Of a stretch of DNA of 64,000 bases, positions 1 through 8,945 are shown in pieces (the stretch's first letter is position 1; every line of letters begins with the position of its first letter). Position numbers and translations under genes: made by a program. Below the pieces are notes generated by a model. The model had not been told where the DNA came from, did not search any database, and saw only the letters and a program-made list of their open reading frames with translations. The DNA is taken from the NCBI GenBank assembly GCA_903835255.1, contig CAILMI010000026.1, forward strand, positions 2,740 through 66,739. Reading direction: 5' to 3'. This DNA comes from an uncultured Verrucomicrobia subdivision 3 bacterium (GTDB lineage: Bacteria > Verrucomicrobiota > Verrucomicrobiia > Limisphaerales > UBA11358).

Positions 1-1302
1 CAGACTGATCCCCTGCTGCCAGCCTCCTTGATTCCGCGCTGGCGCCGCTGGCTGGGCGGGCCCTTGCGGGCAGTCGTCACTTCAGTGGCTGTTTCGCTGG
101 CGGCTTGGCTCGGCTCGTGGCCGCTCACCGCGTATTATTTCCACCTGTTAAGCCCGGTAACACTGCTCGCCAACCTGCTGGTCGTGCCGCTGGGCAGCGC
201 CGCCCTCGCCTGCAACCTCGGCAGCCTCCTCTGCGGCGACGTGTTCCCCTGGGCGACGGAGCTGTTCAATCACAGCGCCTGGCTCTGGATGAAGCTGATG
301 CTCGAAATCAGCCAGGCCAGCGTCCGGCTGCCCGGGGCCTTTTTCTACGTCCGCAGCCCGGGGCCGGTGGACTTCGTGATTTATTATGGCGCCCTGCTCG
401 CCCTGCTGTCCGGCGCCGTGTTCCAGAAACGATGGCGCTGGGTAACGCTGGTGGGTCTGGTGTTCATTACCCTGTTTTATGCGGGGCGCTGGCAGAGGGC
501 TCGGTCCAACGCCGCGCTCACCGTTCTGCCCCTGAACGGCGGACACGCGGTATTTATTGAGTCCGGCCGGCACGGCGGCGACCTGCTCCTGGATTGCGGC
601 GATACGAACGCCGTGGAGTTCATCATCAAACCCTTTCTACACGCCCGGGGCCTGAATCATTTGCCGCAACTCGTGCTGACACAGGGTGACAAGCGGGATA
701 TGGGCGGGGCCCCATGGGTCTGCGATCTGTTCTCGGTCGACCGGGTCATCGCCAGTCCGGTGCGATTTCGTTCGCCCGCATATCGCCAGACTCTGGCCGG
801 GCTGGCATCGACGACCAACCGGCTCCGCATCGTCAGCCGCGGCGATACCCTCGGCGATACCCTCGGCGTATGGACCGTGCTGCATCCGGCGGCAACGCCT
901 CCGCTCCCTCCTTATTCACAGGCCGACGACAACGCGCTGGTGGTGCAGGGAACCCTTCACGGCACCCGGGTTTTATTGCTGTCGGATCTGGGCCGCGACG
1001 GCCAGGCCGCGCTGCTGGAATGCGGCCGGGATTTGCGTGCCGACATCGTGATTGCCGGGCTGCCAGCCCACGGCGAACCGATGGAGGAGGCGCTGCTGGA
1101 TGCGGTGCGGCCGGCGGTGATTGTGGTGGCGGATTCAGAGCTGCCCGCCAACCGGCGCGCCTCAGCTGGCCTGAAGGAGCGGCTGGCGAAAAGAAAAGTA
1201 ACGGTGATCTACACCCGGACGGCGGGCGCGGTAACGATGGTCGCCGGCCGTTCCGGCTGGAGAGTAGAGACCATGGATGGTCAGACCTTCCAATCCCCCT
1301 AG
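1..1302 (+). CDS. comEC: ComEC/Rec2 competence protein, C-terminal part (5' end outside window)
   Basis: Frame open from base 1; Competence-domain TM segments (LLANLLVVP) followed by a beta-lactamase-like domain (LLLDCG, DDNALV, VLLLSDL). Confidence 0.85.
   Translation, partial: QTDPLLPASLIPRWRRWLGGPLRAVVTSVAVSLAAWLGSWPLTAYYFHLLSPVTLLANLLVVPLGSAALACNLGSLLCGDVFPWATELFNHSAWLWMKLMLEISQASVRLPGAFFYVRSPGPVDFVIYYGALLALLSGAVFQKRWRWVTLVGLVFITLFYAGRWQRARSNAALTVLPLNGGHAVFIESGRHGGDLLLDCGDTNAVEFIIKPFLHARGLNHLPQLVLTQGDKRDMGGAPWVCDLFSVDRVIASPVRFRSPAYRQTLAGLASTTNRLRIVSRGDTLGDTLGVWTVLHPAATPPLPPYSQADDNALVVQGTLHGTRVLLLSDLGRDGQAALLECGRDLRADIVIAGLPAHGEPMEEALLDAVRPAVIVVADSELPANRRASAGLKERLAKRKVTVIYTRTAGAVTMVAGRSGWRVETMDGQTFQSP
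841..868 (+). repeat. 12-bp in-frame tandem duplication (GGCGATACCCTC x2) in comEC
   Basis: Directly visible; encodes GDTLGDTLG. Confidence 0.9.
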
Positions 1303-1319
1303 CCGCCGGGCGGAAGCGG

Positions 1320-1667
1320 CTACGGTCTCAGGGTGTGACTGACGGAGACATGGCGCGCCTCCGGGATGATAAACTTTTTCACCTCCACAGAGACGGACTG
1401 GGGCTGGAACTCGGCCAGAATAGCCGCGGCGATGTCGGCGGCAAGTTTTTCAATGAGCTTCCACTCGCGGCCCTCGCCGAATTTCAAGAGACGCTGGGTG
1501 ACGGCGTAATAATCAATCGTGTCAGCGATGCCGTCGCTTTTGGCAGCGGCGGTGAAATCGGACTCCAGAACCACGGTCAGCAACAGGCGCTGGGGCCGGG
1601 CGCGTTCCGCGTCCGGCACGCCCACGCGGTAAAACACTTCGAGATCAACGAGCGAGATATTAGACAT
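1320..1667 (-). CDS. folB: Dihydroneopterin aldolase
   Basis: FolB motifs (VGVPDAERARPQRLLL, TIDYY, LIEKLA, VEVKK); 115 aa. Confidence 0.9.
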   Translation of the reverse strand: MSNISLVDLEVFYRVGVPDAERARPQRLLLTVVLESDFTAAAKSDGIADTIDYYAVTQRLLKFGEGREWKLIEKLAADIAAAILAEFQPQSVSVEVKKFIIPEARHVSVSHTLRP

Positions 1668-2787
1668 GGCGTTTCCGGGATGGGGAGGTCTGGTGGCCGC
1701 CGGTATTTTTTTTAAGCACCGCTGCGAGCAGGGTTCGGGTCGGCCGGTTTAACTTCAACTTTTTCGCCGCCGCCAGCGTCACCCAGCGGAACGCCTGCGC
1801 CTCGTGATTGAGCGTCACCTCCGACCGGCCGACAACGCGGCAGGTATAATTCAGGAGGATAAAATGGGCGTCGCGGTAAAACTCTTTCGAACGGACGCAA
1901 TCCTGCGCCAGCACAAATTGAATGTCCGCCACCTTGAGTCCGGTCTCCTCACGGATCTCGCGGCGCAAGGCAGCTGGGGAGGTTTCGCCCCACTGAATCT
2001 TGCCGCCGGGGATGCCCCACTTGTCGGACCATTTATGCGTTTTGACCATCAGCACTTCGCCGGCGCGGTTGAATATCAACCCCCCCACCGTCGGGATGGG
2101 GAGGCCCGGAGCGGCCGTTTTTTGACGGGAACTCCGGCGGTCCACCGCCGCTCCAAAATCCAGATCGCCCTCCTCCAAAGCCCGGCGCAATTCTCCCAAA
2201 TGCTCAACGATCAGGCCGGGCCGGGCGGCGCGAAGCTGCGCCAGCGTGTTGTAACCGGTCAGCACGGCGCAGGAATGCACCCCGCCATGGTGCGCGGTCT
2301 CGATGTCATGCTCCATGTCGCCGATAAACAGCGTCTGCTCGGGCCGGAGATTATTTTCGGCGAGCAGGTCGCGGATTTTTTTGCGCTTATCCCAGACATC
2401 GGTGTAGGGGCGGTCGAGATACGCGCCGAAGCCGGTGACGCGGGACTGCACGGCAAAGTGGTCGGAGTGAATGGTGCTCAGAAGAAACGTGCGCAGTTTT
2501 CGGGTCCGGCAGAACTGGAGAAACTCGCGGGCATGCGGTAGTTCCACCACCGTGTGCTGCGCCTCCTTGAACCGGCTGTGAAACCATGCTTCCAGCTGCG
2601 GCATCGGCACGTCCGGCGTGTGCCGGTCATAAAAGCCGGTGAAGGGCAGACTGAACTCGGCCCGGAATTGATCGAGAGACATCGCCGCCTTGCCCGCCTG
2701 GGCCAAAACATAATTGGAGGCTTCCAAGACCGCAGGCAGGTCGTCCACCAAGGTCCCCGACCAGTCGAAGATGATGTTTCGGATCAC
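1660..2787 (-). CDS. HAD-family phosphatase fused to a NUDIX hydrolase
   Basis: HAD motifs FDWSGTLVDD and FIGDMEHD; Nudix box GGKIQWGETSPAALRREIREETGL; overlaps folB start by 8 bp. Confidence 0.85.
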   Translation of the reverse strand: MIRNIIFDWSGTLVDDLPAVLEASNYVLAQAGKAAMSLDQFRAEFSLPFTGFYDRHTPDVPMPQLEAWFHSRFKEAQHTVVELPHAREFLQFCRTRKLRTFLLSTIHSDHFAVQSRVTGFGAYLDRPYTDVWDKRKKIRDLLAENNLRPEQTLFIGDMEHDIETAHHGGVHSCAVLTGYNTLAQLRAARPGLIVEHLGELRRALEEGDLDFGAAVDRRSSRQKTAAPGLPIPTVGGLIFNRAGEVLMVKTHKWSDKWGIPGGKIQWGETSPAALRREIREETGLKVADIQFVLAQDCVRSKEFYRDAHFILLNYTCRVVGRSEVTLNHEAQAFRWVTLAAAKKLKLNRPTRTLLAAVLKKNTGGHQTSPSRKRHV

Positions 2788-2873
2788 GCAATAATTTTAA
2801 CCATGAAACCTATGAAACACACGAAAAGTTTTACGCACTTGAAACTTGAAACCTGACACTGGAAACTGACCTC

Positions 2874-3527
2874 ATGCTCATCGCCTTCCACAAACCGTTC
2901 GGCGTCCTGTCGCAATTCACCGGGGACGGCTCGCCGAACCGCGCGCTGGCGGAATTCCGCTTTCCCGCCAATGTCTATCCCATTGGGCGGCTGGATGCGG
3001 ACTCCGAGGGATTGCTGCTGCTGAGCGACGAGCCGGCCTGGAACGAGCGGCTGCTGCACCCGCGCCACGCGCATGCCCGCGAGTACTGGGCGCAGGTGGA
3101 GCGGATCCCGACGCGCGAGGCACTGGATGCCCTGCAGCGCGGCTTGGTGATTCAAGGCCGCAAAACCCTGCCCTGTCGCGCCTGGATCTTGGAGCCGCAG
3201 CCACTAGTCGGACCTGCCACTCCCTGCGCGCCATCCTCCGCCCGCCAGAGCGCTGCAATTGATGACGTCGCGCACGGAGTGATGCATCCTACCTTGCCGC
3301 CGCGCAATCCGCCCATCCGCTTCCGCAAGAACGTGCCGGACTGCTGGATCGGCCTGGAACTGATTGAGGGCAAGAACCGGCAGGTGCGGCGGATGACCGC
3401 GGCCATCGGGCACCCGACGCTGCGGCTGATCCGGGCGCGGGTGGGCGGATTGCAACTGGGAGATTTGGCCGCGGGCGAATGGAAGATCCTATCCGAGGCG
3501 GAACGCGCGCGGGCGGCGCAGGATTAA
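2874..3527 (+). CDS. rluE: rRNA pseudouridine synthase (RsuA/RluE family) with an in-frame insertion
   Basis: GRLDADSEGLLLL catalytic motif, EGKNRQVRRMTAAIGHPTLRLIR. Confidence 0.85.
   Translation: MLIAFHKPFGVLSQFTGDGSPNRALAEFRFPANVYPIGRLDADSEGLLLLSDEPAWNERLLHPRHAHAREYWAQVERIPTREALDALQRGLVIQGRKTLPCRAWILEPQPLVGPATPCAPSSARQSAAIDDVAHGVMHPTLPPRNPPIRFRKNVPDCWIGLELIEGKNRQVRRMTAAIGHPTLRLIRARVGGLQLGDLAAGEWKILSEAERARAAQD
3207..3293. repeat. REP-like imperfect palindrome inserted in frame in the pseudouridine synthase gene
   Basis: 24-bp arms at 3207-3230 and 3269-3292 match 17/24 as inverted repeats; 87 nt = 29 codons. Confidence 0.7.
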
Positions 3528-3581
3528 TTATTCACACGCGCGCTTGCATTGCGCGGCTTGGAATTTAAACTCCGCGCGCCC

Positions 3582-5624
3582 ATGGCCAACTTGAGCTCAC
3601 TGAATCCGCAACAACGCCAGGCCGCTGAGACCCTTCACGGCCCGATTTTGATCCTGGCCGGGGCGGGCACCGGCAAGACGCGCGTCATCACCTACCGCAT
3701 CGCGCACCTCATCGACCAGGGCGTCCCGCCGGAGAACATCCTGGCCGTCACCTTCACGAACAAGGCCGCGCGCGAGATGCAGGAGCGCATCCACAAGCTG
3801 CTGCCGCACCTGAAGGCCCGGAAGCGCGACGGGGAACCGCCCAAGCGCCCGACCCTGTGCACGTTCCATTCCCTGTGCGTCCGCATCTTGCGCGCCCACA
3901 TCGAGGCTCTCGGCTACAAGCGCAACTTCGTCATCTACGACGAATCCGAGCAGCTCGCGGCCGTGAAAAAAATTCTGAGCAGCATCTCGGCCAAGGGCGA
4001 AAAGACCGACCCCGGGGCTATTCTCGCCCTGCTGAGCAAGTTCAAGAACGGGGGCGAGGCCTCGGCGGCGTTCGCGGACCCCAGCGTGCGCGCGCTGGCC
4101 CAGCACATCCGCACGCGCTACGAATCCGCCCTGCGCGCCTGCAACGCCGTGGATTTCGACGACCTGATCCTGCTGACGCTGCGGCTGTTCAATGAATTCC
4201 CCGACGTGCTGGAAGTCTGCCGCGCCAAATACCGCTATGTCATGGCGGACGAGTATCAGGACACCAACGGCTCGCAGTTCCAGCTGATCCACGCGCTGAC
4301 GCTGAAGCATCGCAACCTCTGCGTGGTGGGCGACGACGACCAGAGCATTTACGGCTGGCGCGGCGCGGAGATCGCCAACCTGCTGGACCTGGAAAAACAT
4401 TACCCCGAGGTGAAGATCGTCAAGCTCGAGCAGAACTACCGCTCGACCAACACAATCCTGACGGCCGCCAACGCGCTGATCAAAAACAACACGCGCCGCC
4501 GTGCCAAGCAGCTGTGGTCGCAAAAGGGCCAGGGAACGAAGATCCTGCTGCGCGCCTGCAGCAACGAGGAGGAGGAGGCCACCGAGCTGGTGGGGCAGAT
4601 TGAATTCGCCCGGCTGGCGCACCGCATTTCGTGGAAGGAGAATGCGATCCTGTTCCGCACCAACATCCAGTCGCGGCCGATTGAAACGGCGCTGCGCAAG
4701 GCGGGCGTGCGCTATCACCTGATCGGCGGGCAAAGCTTTTTCGACCGGCGCGAGATCCGGGATTTCCTCGCCTATCTCAAGATGTTCATCAACCCGCACG
4801 ACGACATCAGCCTCCTGCGGATCGCCAACACCCCCGCCCGGGGGCTGAGCGACGTGACGATGGAGCGGCTGCTGGCCGCCAGCCAGGAACGTCAGTGCTC
4901 GGTGTTCGCCGCCATGAAAAACCCGCTGGTGCAGTCGAGCTTCCAGAAGCGGACGCAGGAATGCCTTGCGACGTTCGTGGAGTTTGTGGAGCGCACGCGG
5001 GCGACCCTGGCCGACCCGGCCGCCCAGCACGAGCCCAAGGTCTTGCAGGCCTGGGCGGATCATTTTCTCGACGAGTCCGGCTACCTGCATGAACTGCGCC
5101 GCCAGGAAAAGGAAGCCGAAGCCGGCGAAGCCCGCGTCCGCAATCTGCGCGACCTGACCGCCACGCTGGATGGCAGCGATGCCGTCGGCAAGGCGCTGTT
5201 CGAGCGGCTGGAGGCATTCCTCGAGAACATCACGCTCGACTCCGACCGGGAAGAGGAGGAGGAAAAAGGCGACGTCGTCACGCTCATCACCATGCACAGC
5301 TGCAAGGGACTGGAGTTTCCGCGCGTGTACATCGTCGGGCTGGAGGACGGGCTGCTGCCGCACACGCGCTCGACGGTTGAAGGCACGCTGGACGAGGAGC
5401 GGCGGCTGTTCTACGTGGCCGTCACGCGGGCGATGCTGTCGCTCACCATCAGCCATTGTGCGAGCCGGAAGAAATACGGACAACTGCTGCCCTGCCACCC
5501 CTCCCGTTTTCTCAAGGAACTGCCCCTGGAACTCGTGGAGCAAGCCGAGGAAAGGGAGCAGAAGCCGGTGAGCGCGGCGGTTGGAAAAAGCCTGTTTGAT
5601 GCCATGCGGGAAGCCATGGAGTGA
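3582..5624 (+). CDS. ATP-dependent DNA helicase, Rep/UvrD/PcrA family
   Basis: Walker A AGAGTGKT, DEYQD, VVGDDDQSIY, QNYRS, TMHSCKGLEF, EERRLFYVAVTRA; ATG 3582 preferred over TTG 3549. Confidence 0.95.
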   Translation: MANLSSLNPQQRQAAETLHGPILILAGAGTGKTRVITYRIAHLIDQGVPPENILAVTFTNKAAREMQERIHKLLPHLKARKRDGEPPKRPTLCTFHSLCVRILRAHIEALGYKRNFVIYDESEQLAAVKKILSSISAKGEKTDPGAILALLSKFKNGGEASAAFADPSVRALAQHIRTRYESALRACNAVDFDDLILLTLRLFNEFPDVLEVCRAKYRYVMADEYQDTNGSQFQLIHALTLKHRNLCVVGDDDQSIYGWRGAEIANLLDLEKHYPEVKIVKLEQNYRSTNTILTAANALIKNNTRRRAKQLWSQKGQGTKILLRACSNEEEEATELVGQIEFARLAHRISWKENAILFRTNIQSRPIETALRKAGVRYHLIGGQSFFDRREIRDFLAYLKMFINPHDDISLLRIANTPARGLSDVTMERLLAASQERQCSVFAAMKNPLVQSSFQKRTQECLATFVEFVERTRATLADPAAQHEPKVLQAWADHFLDESGYLHELRRQEKEAEAGEARVRNLRDLTATLDGSDAVGKALFERLEAFLENITLDSDREEEEEKGDVVTLITMHSCKGLEFPRVYIVGLEDGLLPHTRSTVEGTLDEERRLFYVAVTRAMLSLTISHCASRKKYGQLLPCHPSRFLKELPLELVEQAEEREQKPVSAAVGKSLFDAMREAME

Positions 5625-5649
5625 CCCGCCTGCACGGGCTGGGGGACGA

Positions 5650-6618
5650 CTAGGGGCGGGCGCACAGAAAGACCCCCTCCTCACCTGAGGGCGTGACCCA
5701 TTCCTGGAGAACGGAAAGCCCGTGGCGGCCGAGCGCCTGACGGACTCGGCTGGGCGTGTAACGGTAGGAGAAAAAGAGGCGGATGACTTCACCGCGACGG
5801 AATTCAAACGACTTGGATTCAATCTGAAAGCGGCGACGGCGATGGAAGCGGAACCGCGCCACGACCCGCTTGAGCCCCGAGCCGCCCGTCTCTACTCCCA
5901 TCTCCAGCGTGCCGTCACTGCGCTCCACCCCCAGGTCGAGCAGGAAAGTCAGCAGCCAGTCGCGCGTGAGCGCATTGTCGTACTGCGGGAGAATTTTCGC
6001 CATCCCGGCGGCGTCATCCCCGCCCGGTGCCAGATTCGCGCTGAACAATAAAAAATCCCGGGGGCGGACCAGCGCTGACAGCTTGGACAAAATGGCTGAC
6101 GGCTCGAAATTGGGAATCATGCCGAAGAAAGTCACCAGAGTGGGCTGACGGGAAAGAAGGGCGGCAGGCAAATCCTCCGCCGTGGCCAGATCGCACACGA
6201 AGGGAAAACAGCTTTTGTCCGGCAGCACGGCGAGCGCGGCCTGGCGGGCGACCAGGACCATGGCGGTGCTGACGTCGCAGGGCGTGTAAGAAACCCCCTT
6301 GCCGGCGGCCTTCAATAATTTCAGAAGGCGCGTGTCCTTTTGTCCCCCGCCGCAGCCCAGGCCGAGCACGTGGACGCGGCGGGCCGTGAGATGACGCGCC
6401 GCCTGCTCAAAGGCGAGGTCATAGGTGGCCGCGCACGACGCGTCGTTGCGGGAGGGGGAATAGGCCTGGTGCAATGCGAGCCATTGCTGCGTTTGCCGAG
6501 GGCTGTCGTAGTGAAACTTGTGATTCACCCGCCGCGTGCGCAGCGAGACAAGCAGATCGCGCCGGACGTTTTCAGGAAACTGGCTGTCGTGGATTGTGAC
6601 GCGCGCGGGGGATTTCAT
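5650..6618 (-). CDS. SAM-dependent methyltransferase, EgtD (histidine N-methyltransferase)-like, divergent
   Basis: HKFHYDS resembles EgtD PKYFYD; SAM motif VLGLGCGGGQKD; C-terminal FFSYRYT. Confidence 0.65.
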   Translation of the reverse strand: MKSPARVTIHDSQFPENVRRDLLVSLRTRRVNHKFHYDSPRQTQQWLALHQAYSPSRNDASCAATYDLAFEQAARHLTARRVHVLGLGCGGGQKDTRLLKLLKAAGKGVSYTPCDVSTAMVLVARQAALAVLPDKSCFPFVCDLATAEDLPAALLSRQPTLVTFFGMIPNFEPSAILSKLSALVRPRDFLLFSANLAPGGDDAAGMAKILPQYDNALTRDWLLTFLLDLGVERSDGTLEMGVETGGSGLKRVVARFRFHRRRRFQIESKSFEFRRGEVIRLFFSYRYTPSRVRQALGRHGLSVLQEWVTPSGEEGVFLCARP

Positions 6619-6625
6619 GCGCGGC

Positions 6626-7054
6626 TCATGGTTGCGGGAAGATCCGGTAGAGCATCAAATAAACTCCAACGCCCGTCACCGACACATACATCCACAGCGG
6701 CCAGGTCCAGCGGGCAATGCGTTTGTGCCCCTCAAAATCCTGGCGCCGGGCGCGGTACAGCGTCATCAGAATCAAGGGGACGATGACGACCGCCAGAACG
6801 GTGTGCGTGAGCAGGATGCCCAGATAAATGGGGCGGAACCAGGCGGGCTCAACAAAATGGGTGACGGTTTTGACCGTGGCATGATAGGTCAGGTAGCACG
6901 CCAGAAACACGATCGACGTGGTGAATGCCGCGATCATGCAGTTGCGATGCGCAATTTTATTTCCGCGTTTGATAAAGATGAATCCCAGCGCCAGAAAGAC
7001 CGCGCTCAGACTATTGAGGGCGGCGTTGACGGCGGGCAGATCGTGCAGGGTCAT
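6626..7054 (-). CDS. DUF420 family membrane protein
   Basis: Four TM helices, AHRNCM, HTVLA, HKRIARWTWPLWMYVSVTGV; typical neighbour of cox genes. Confidence 0.85.
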   Translation of the reverse strand: MTLHDLPAVNAALNSLSAVFLALGFIFIKRGNKIAHRNCMIAAFTTSIVFLACYLTYHATVKTVTHFVEPAWFRPIYLGILLTHTVLAVVIVPLILMTLYRARRQDFEGHKRIARWTWPLWMYVSVTGVGVYLMLYRIFPQP

Positions 7055-7707
7055 GGTTCGCGTTCGAGTTGGTGAATCGTCTCAAGGAGGCGCGGCTGGA
7101 CGGCGGACCATTCCACGCCCTCGCCCCCGGTTTCAAAGACGGCTCTCAGCCGGGCGTGCTTGTCCACCACGACAAAAATTGTGGTGTGGATGAACAGGTC
7201 CGCGGCATTTTTCTGGTCATCCGCCTTCACGGCCTGGGCGCTCAATTTGAGACTGCCGGCGGCGAGCGCAGCGACCTCCTGTTTTGTGCCCGTGAGAAAA
7301 AACCAGCGGCGGGGATCGGCCTGAAAGCGCTCCCCATATTTCTGAAGCACGGCAGGCGTATCGAAATCAGGGTCGGTGGTGAGGGTCACCAGTTTGGCGG
7401 TGCTGGAGGCCGGCAGCAGCTCCTGCAGGGACTGCATCTGACGGGTCAGGCGCGGGCAGGGTCCGGCGCAGCGGGTGAAGATGATGTCGCCCACCCAGAC
7501 CTGGTTGGTCAGGTCGGCAAGGGTCGTGACCCGGCCGCTCTGGTTAGTCAGGGTGAAATCAGCAATGGAGCCGAGGACCGGCAATGCGCCGGGATGCGCG
7601 CGCTGGAGCTGGGCGAGGGAAACGAGGTACGCCAGCGCCATAAGACCCGTGAGCAGGCTGAACCCGAGCCAGAGGGTTCGAGGCAGTTGCCGAGGGTTTT
7701 CAGCCAT
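7051..7707 (-). CDS. sco: SCO family copper chaperone
   Basis: IFTRCAGPCP (CxxxC), conserved His in IHTT, N-terminal TM anchor. Confidence 0.9.
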   Translation of the reverse strand: MAENPRQLPRTLWLGFSLLTGLMALAYLVSLAQLQRAHPGALPVLGSIADFTLTNQSGRVTTLADLTNQVWVGDIIFTRCAGPCPRLTRQMQSLQELLPASSTAKLVTLTTDPDFDTPAVLQKYGERFQADPRRWFFLTGTKQEVAALAAGSLKLSAQAVKADDQKNAADLFIHTTIFVVVDKHARLRAVFETGGEGVEWSAVQPRLLETIHQLEREP

Positions 7708-7737
7708 GGACGTTAGGGGGGCGCCGGCGCGGGCGGC

Positions 7738-8505
7738 TCACTCGAAGCTCGTCTGGGCGCCGGTCTTGGACTTGAGCCACTGGTTGTATTCGGCCGGGGA
7801 TTGCACGACTAGAAAGCCGCCAGCCATGTTGGCGTGCAGCGCGCCGCAGAGCTGGGCGCAATTGATCTGGTAGCGGCCGGTCTGGGTGGGATTGAACCAG
7901 ACGGGAATCCGCAGGCCGGGAATCGCATCCTGACACACCCGCATGGAAATGATTTTCAGCGAATGGATCACGTCCTTGGAGCTCAGATAAACGATGACCG
8001 GCTTTCCGAGCGGCACGTGGATTTCATTGAGCAATTGCACATCGTCCTTGCCGTTGGGGTCGGACGGGTCCACGCCAAAAACGTTGTCGAGCTGAACGAA
8101 CTTCATGTCCTGCCGGCCGAATTCGCCATCGGTCCCGGCATAGCGGGCGTTCCAGGCGTATTGCTGGGCGACGACCTGGATCACGGTGGAATCCTTCGCC
8201 GCAGGAAATTGGTCCACTGCCTTGGCCCAGAGGGGCACGGCAATGAAGATCAGCAGCACCGCCTCGGCGAGGACGACGCCCAGCTCCAGGTAGCTCGAGG
8301 CGTGGTTTTTCACCCCCACATAATCGGCCTTGGGGTTGCGCGACTGGCGGAACCGGTTCACGACGTAGAGGAAATAGACGATCCATCCGACGAACAGCGC
8401 GATCATCAGCCAGTGCACGTAGATGACCAGGTCGTCAACGCCCTGGCCGTTAGTGGAGGCCAGCGGGGGGAGGCCGAGGAGATGTTCGCCAAACCAGTTT
8501 TTCAT
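7738..8505 (-). CDS. ctaC: Cytochrome c oxidase subunit II
   Basis: Two TM helices; CuA ligands DVIHS and CAQLCGALHANM. Confidence 0.92.
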   Translation of the reverse strand: MKNWFGEHLLGLPPLASTNGQGVDDLVIYVHWLMIALFVGWIVYFLYVVNRFRQSRNPKADYVGVKNHASSYLELGVVLAEAVLLIFIAVPLWAKAVDQFPAAKDSTVIQVVAQQYAWNARYAGTDGEFGRQDMKFVQLDNVFGVDPSDPNGKDDVQLLNEIHVPLGKPVIVYLSSKDVIHSLKIISMRVCQDAIPGLRIPVWFNPTQTGRYQINCAQLCGALHANMAGGFLVVQSPAEYNQWLKSKTGAQTSFE

Positions 8506-8762
8506 ACTTCAGTCAGAGTCTTGGACGGGGGAGGGTTAACCGCAGCGGTTTCCCGGCGGATGAGATAAACAAAAAAAGTGGCGACGGTCGCCAGCACGGT
8601 GACGATGACGCCCAGCAGCGTGAAAATACCCCAGTTCATGCCCTGGGCCATGGGCGAATCGGACTGGCCAAAACAGGTGGCGCAGGCGAACAGCGGGGCC
8701 GGCAAGCCGGCGGCCAGCAGCACCGCCAGAATCCGTTTTAAATGGAGGCGCGGAGATATCAC
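8502..8762 (-). CDS. Small membrane protein with CxxC motif (cox-operon accessory)
   Basis: Signal-like N-terminus, ACATCFG, one TM helix; 4-bp overlaps with both neighbours. Confidence 0.7.
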   Translation of the reverse strand: MISPRLHLKRILAVLLAAGLPAPLFACATCFGQSDSPMAQGMNWGIFTLLGVIVTVLATVATFFVYLIRRETAAVNPPPSKTLTEV

Positions 8763-8944
8763 AGATAGCGAATCTTTTTCAACTTCTTCAAAAAGTAAAC
8801 ACCGTAGAAGACGACTCCCAGGCCGGCAATGAGGGACGCCGCGCCGGAAGCCGGATGGCCCGACGCAAAGGCCCAGGACGCGCTCCCGAAGGCCAGCCCG
8901 GTGAGCAGGGTGACAAACACAAGATGAAAGGCTTTTAATGACAT
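8759..8944 (-). CDS. Small two-TM hypothetical protein
   Basis: 61 aa hydrophobic ORF packed inside the operon. Confidence 0.7.
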   Translation of the reverse strand: MSLKAFHLVFVTLLTGLAFGSASWAFASGHPASGAASLIAGLGVVFYGVYFLKKLKKIRYL

Positions 8945-8945
8945 A

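Noticed and set aside
2841-2870. Heptamer repeats (TTGAAAC...) here and at 33534 as a CRISPR remnant
   Set aside because: Short tandem microsatellite-like units with no spacers and no cas genes
3597-5822. 741-aa minus-strand ORF, and similar long antisense ORFs over uxaE, rpsK/M, dnaB and others
   Set aside because: Shadow ORFs produced by GC3-rich codon usage on the real strand; no recognisable motifs
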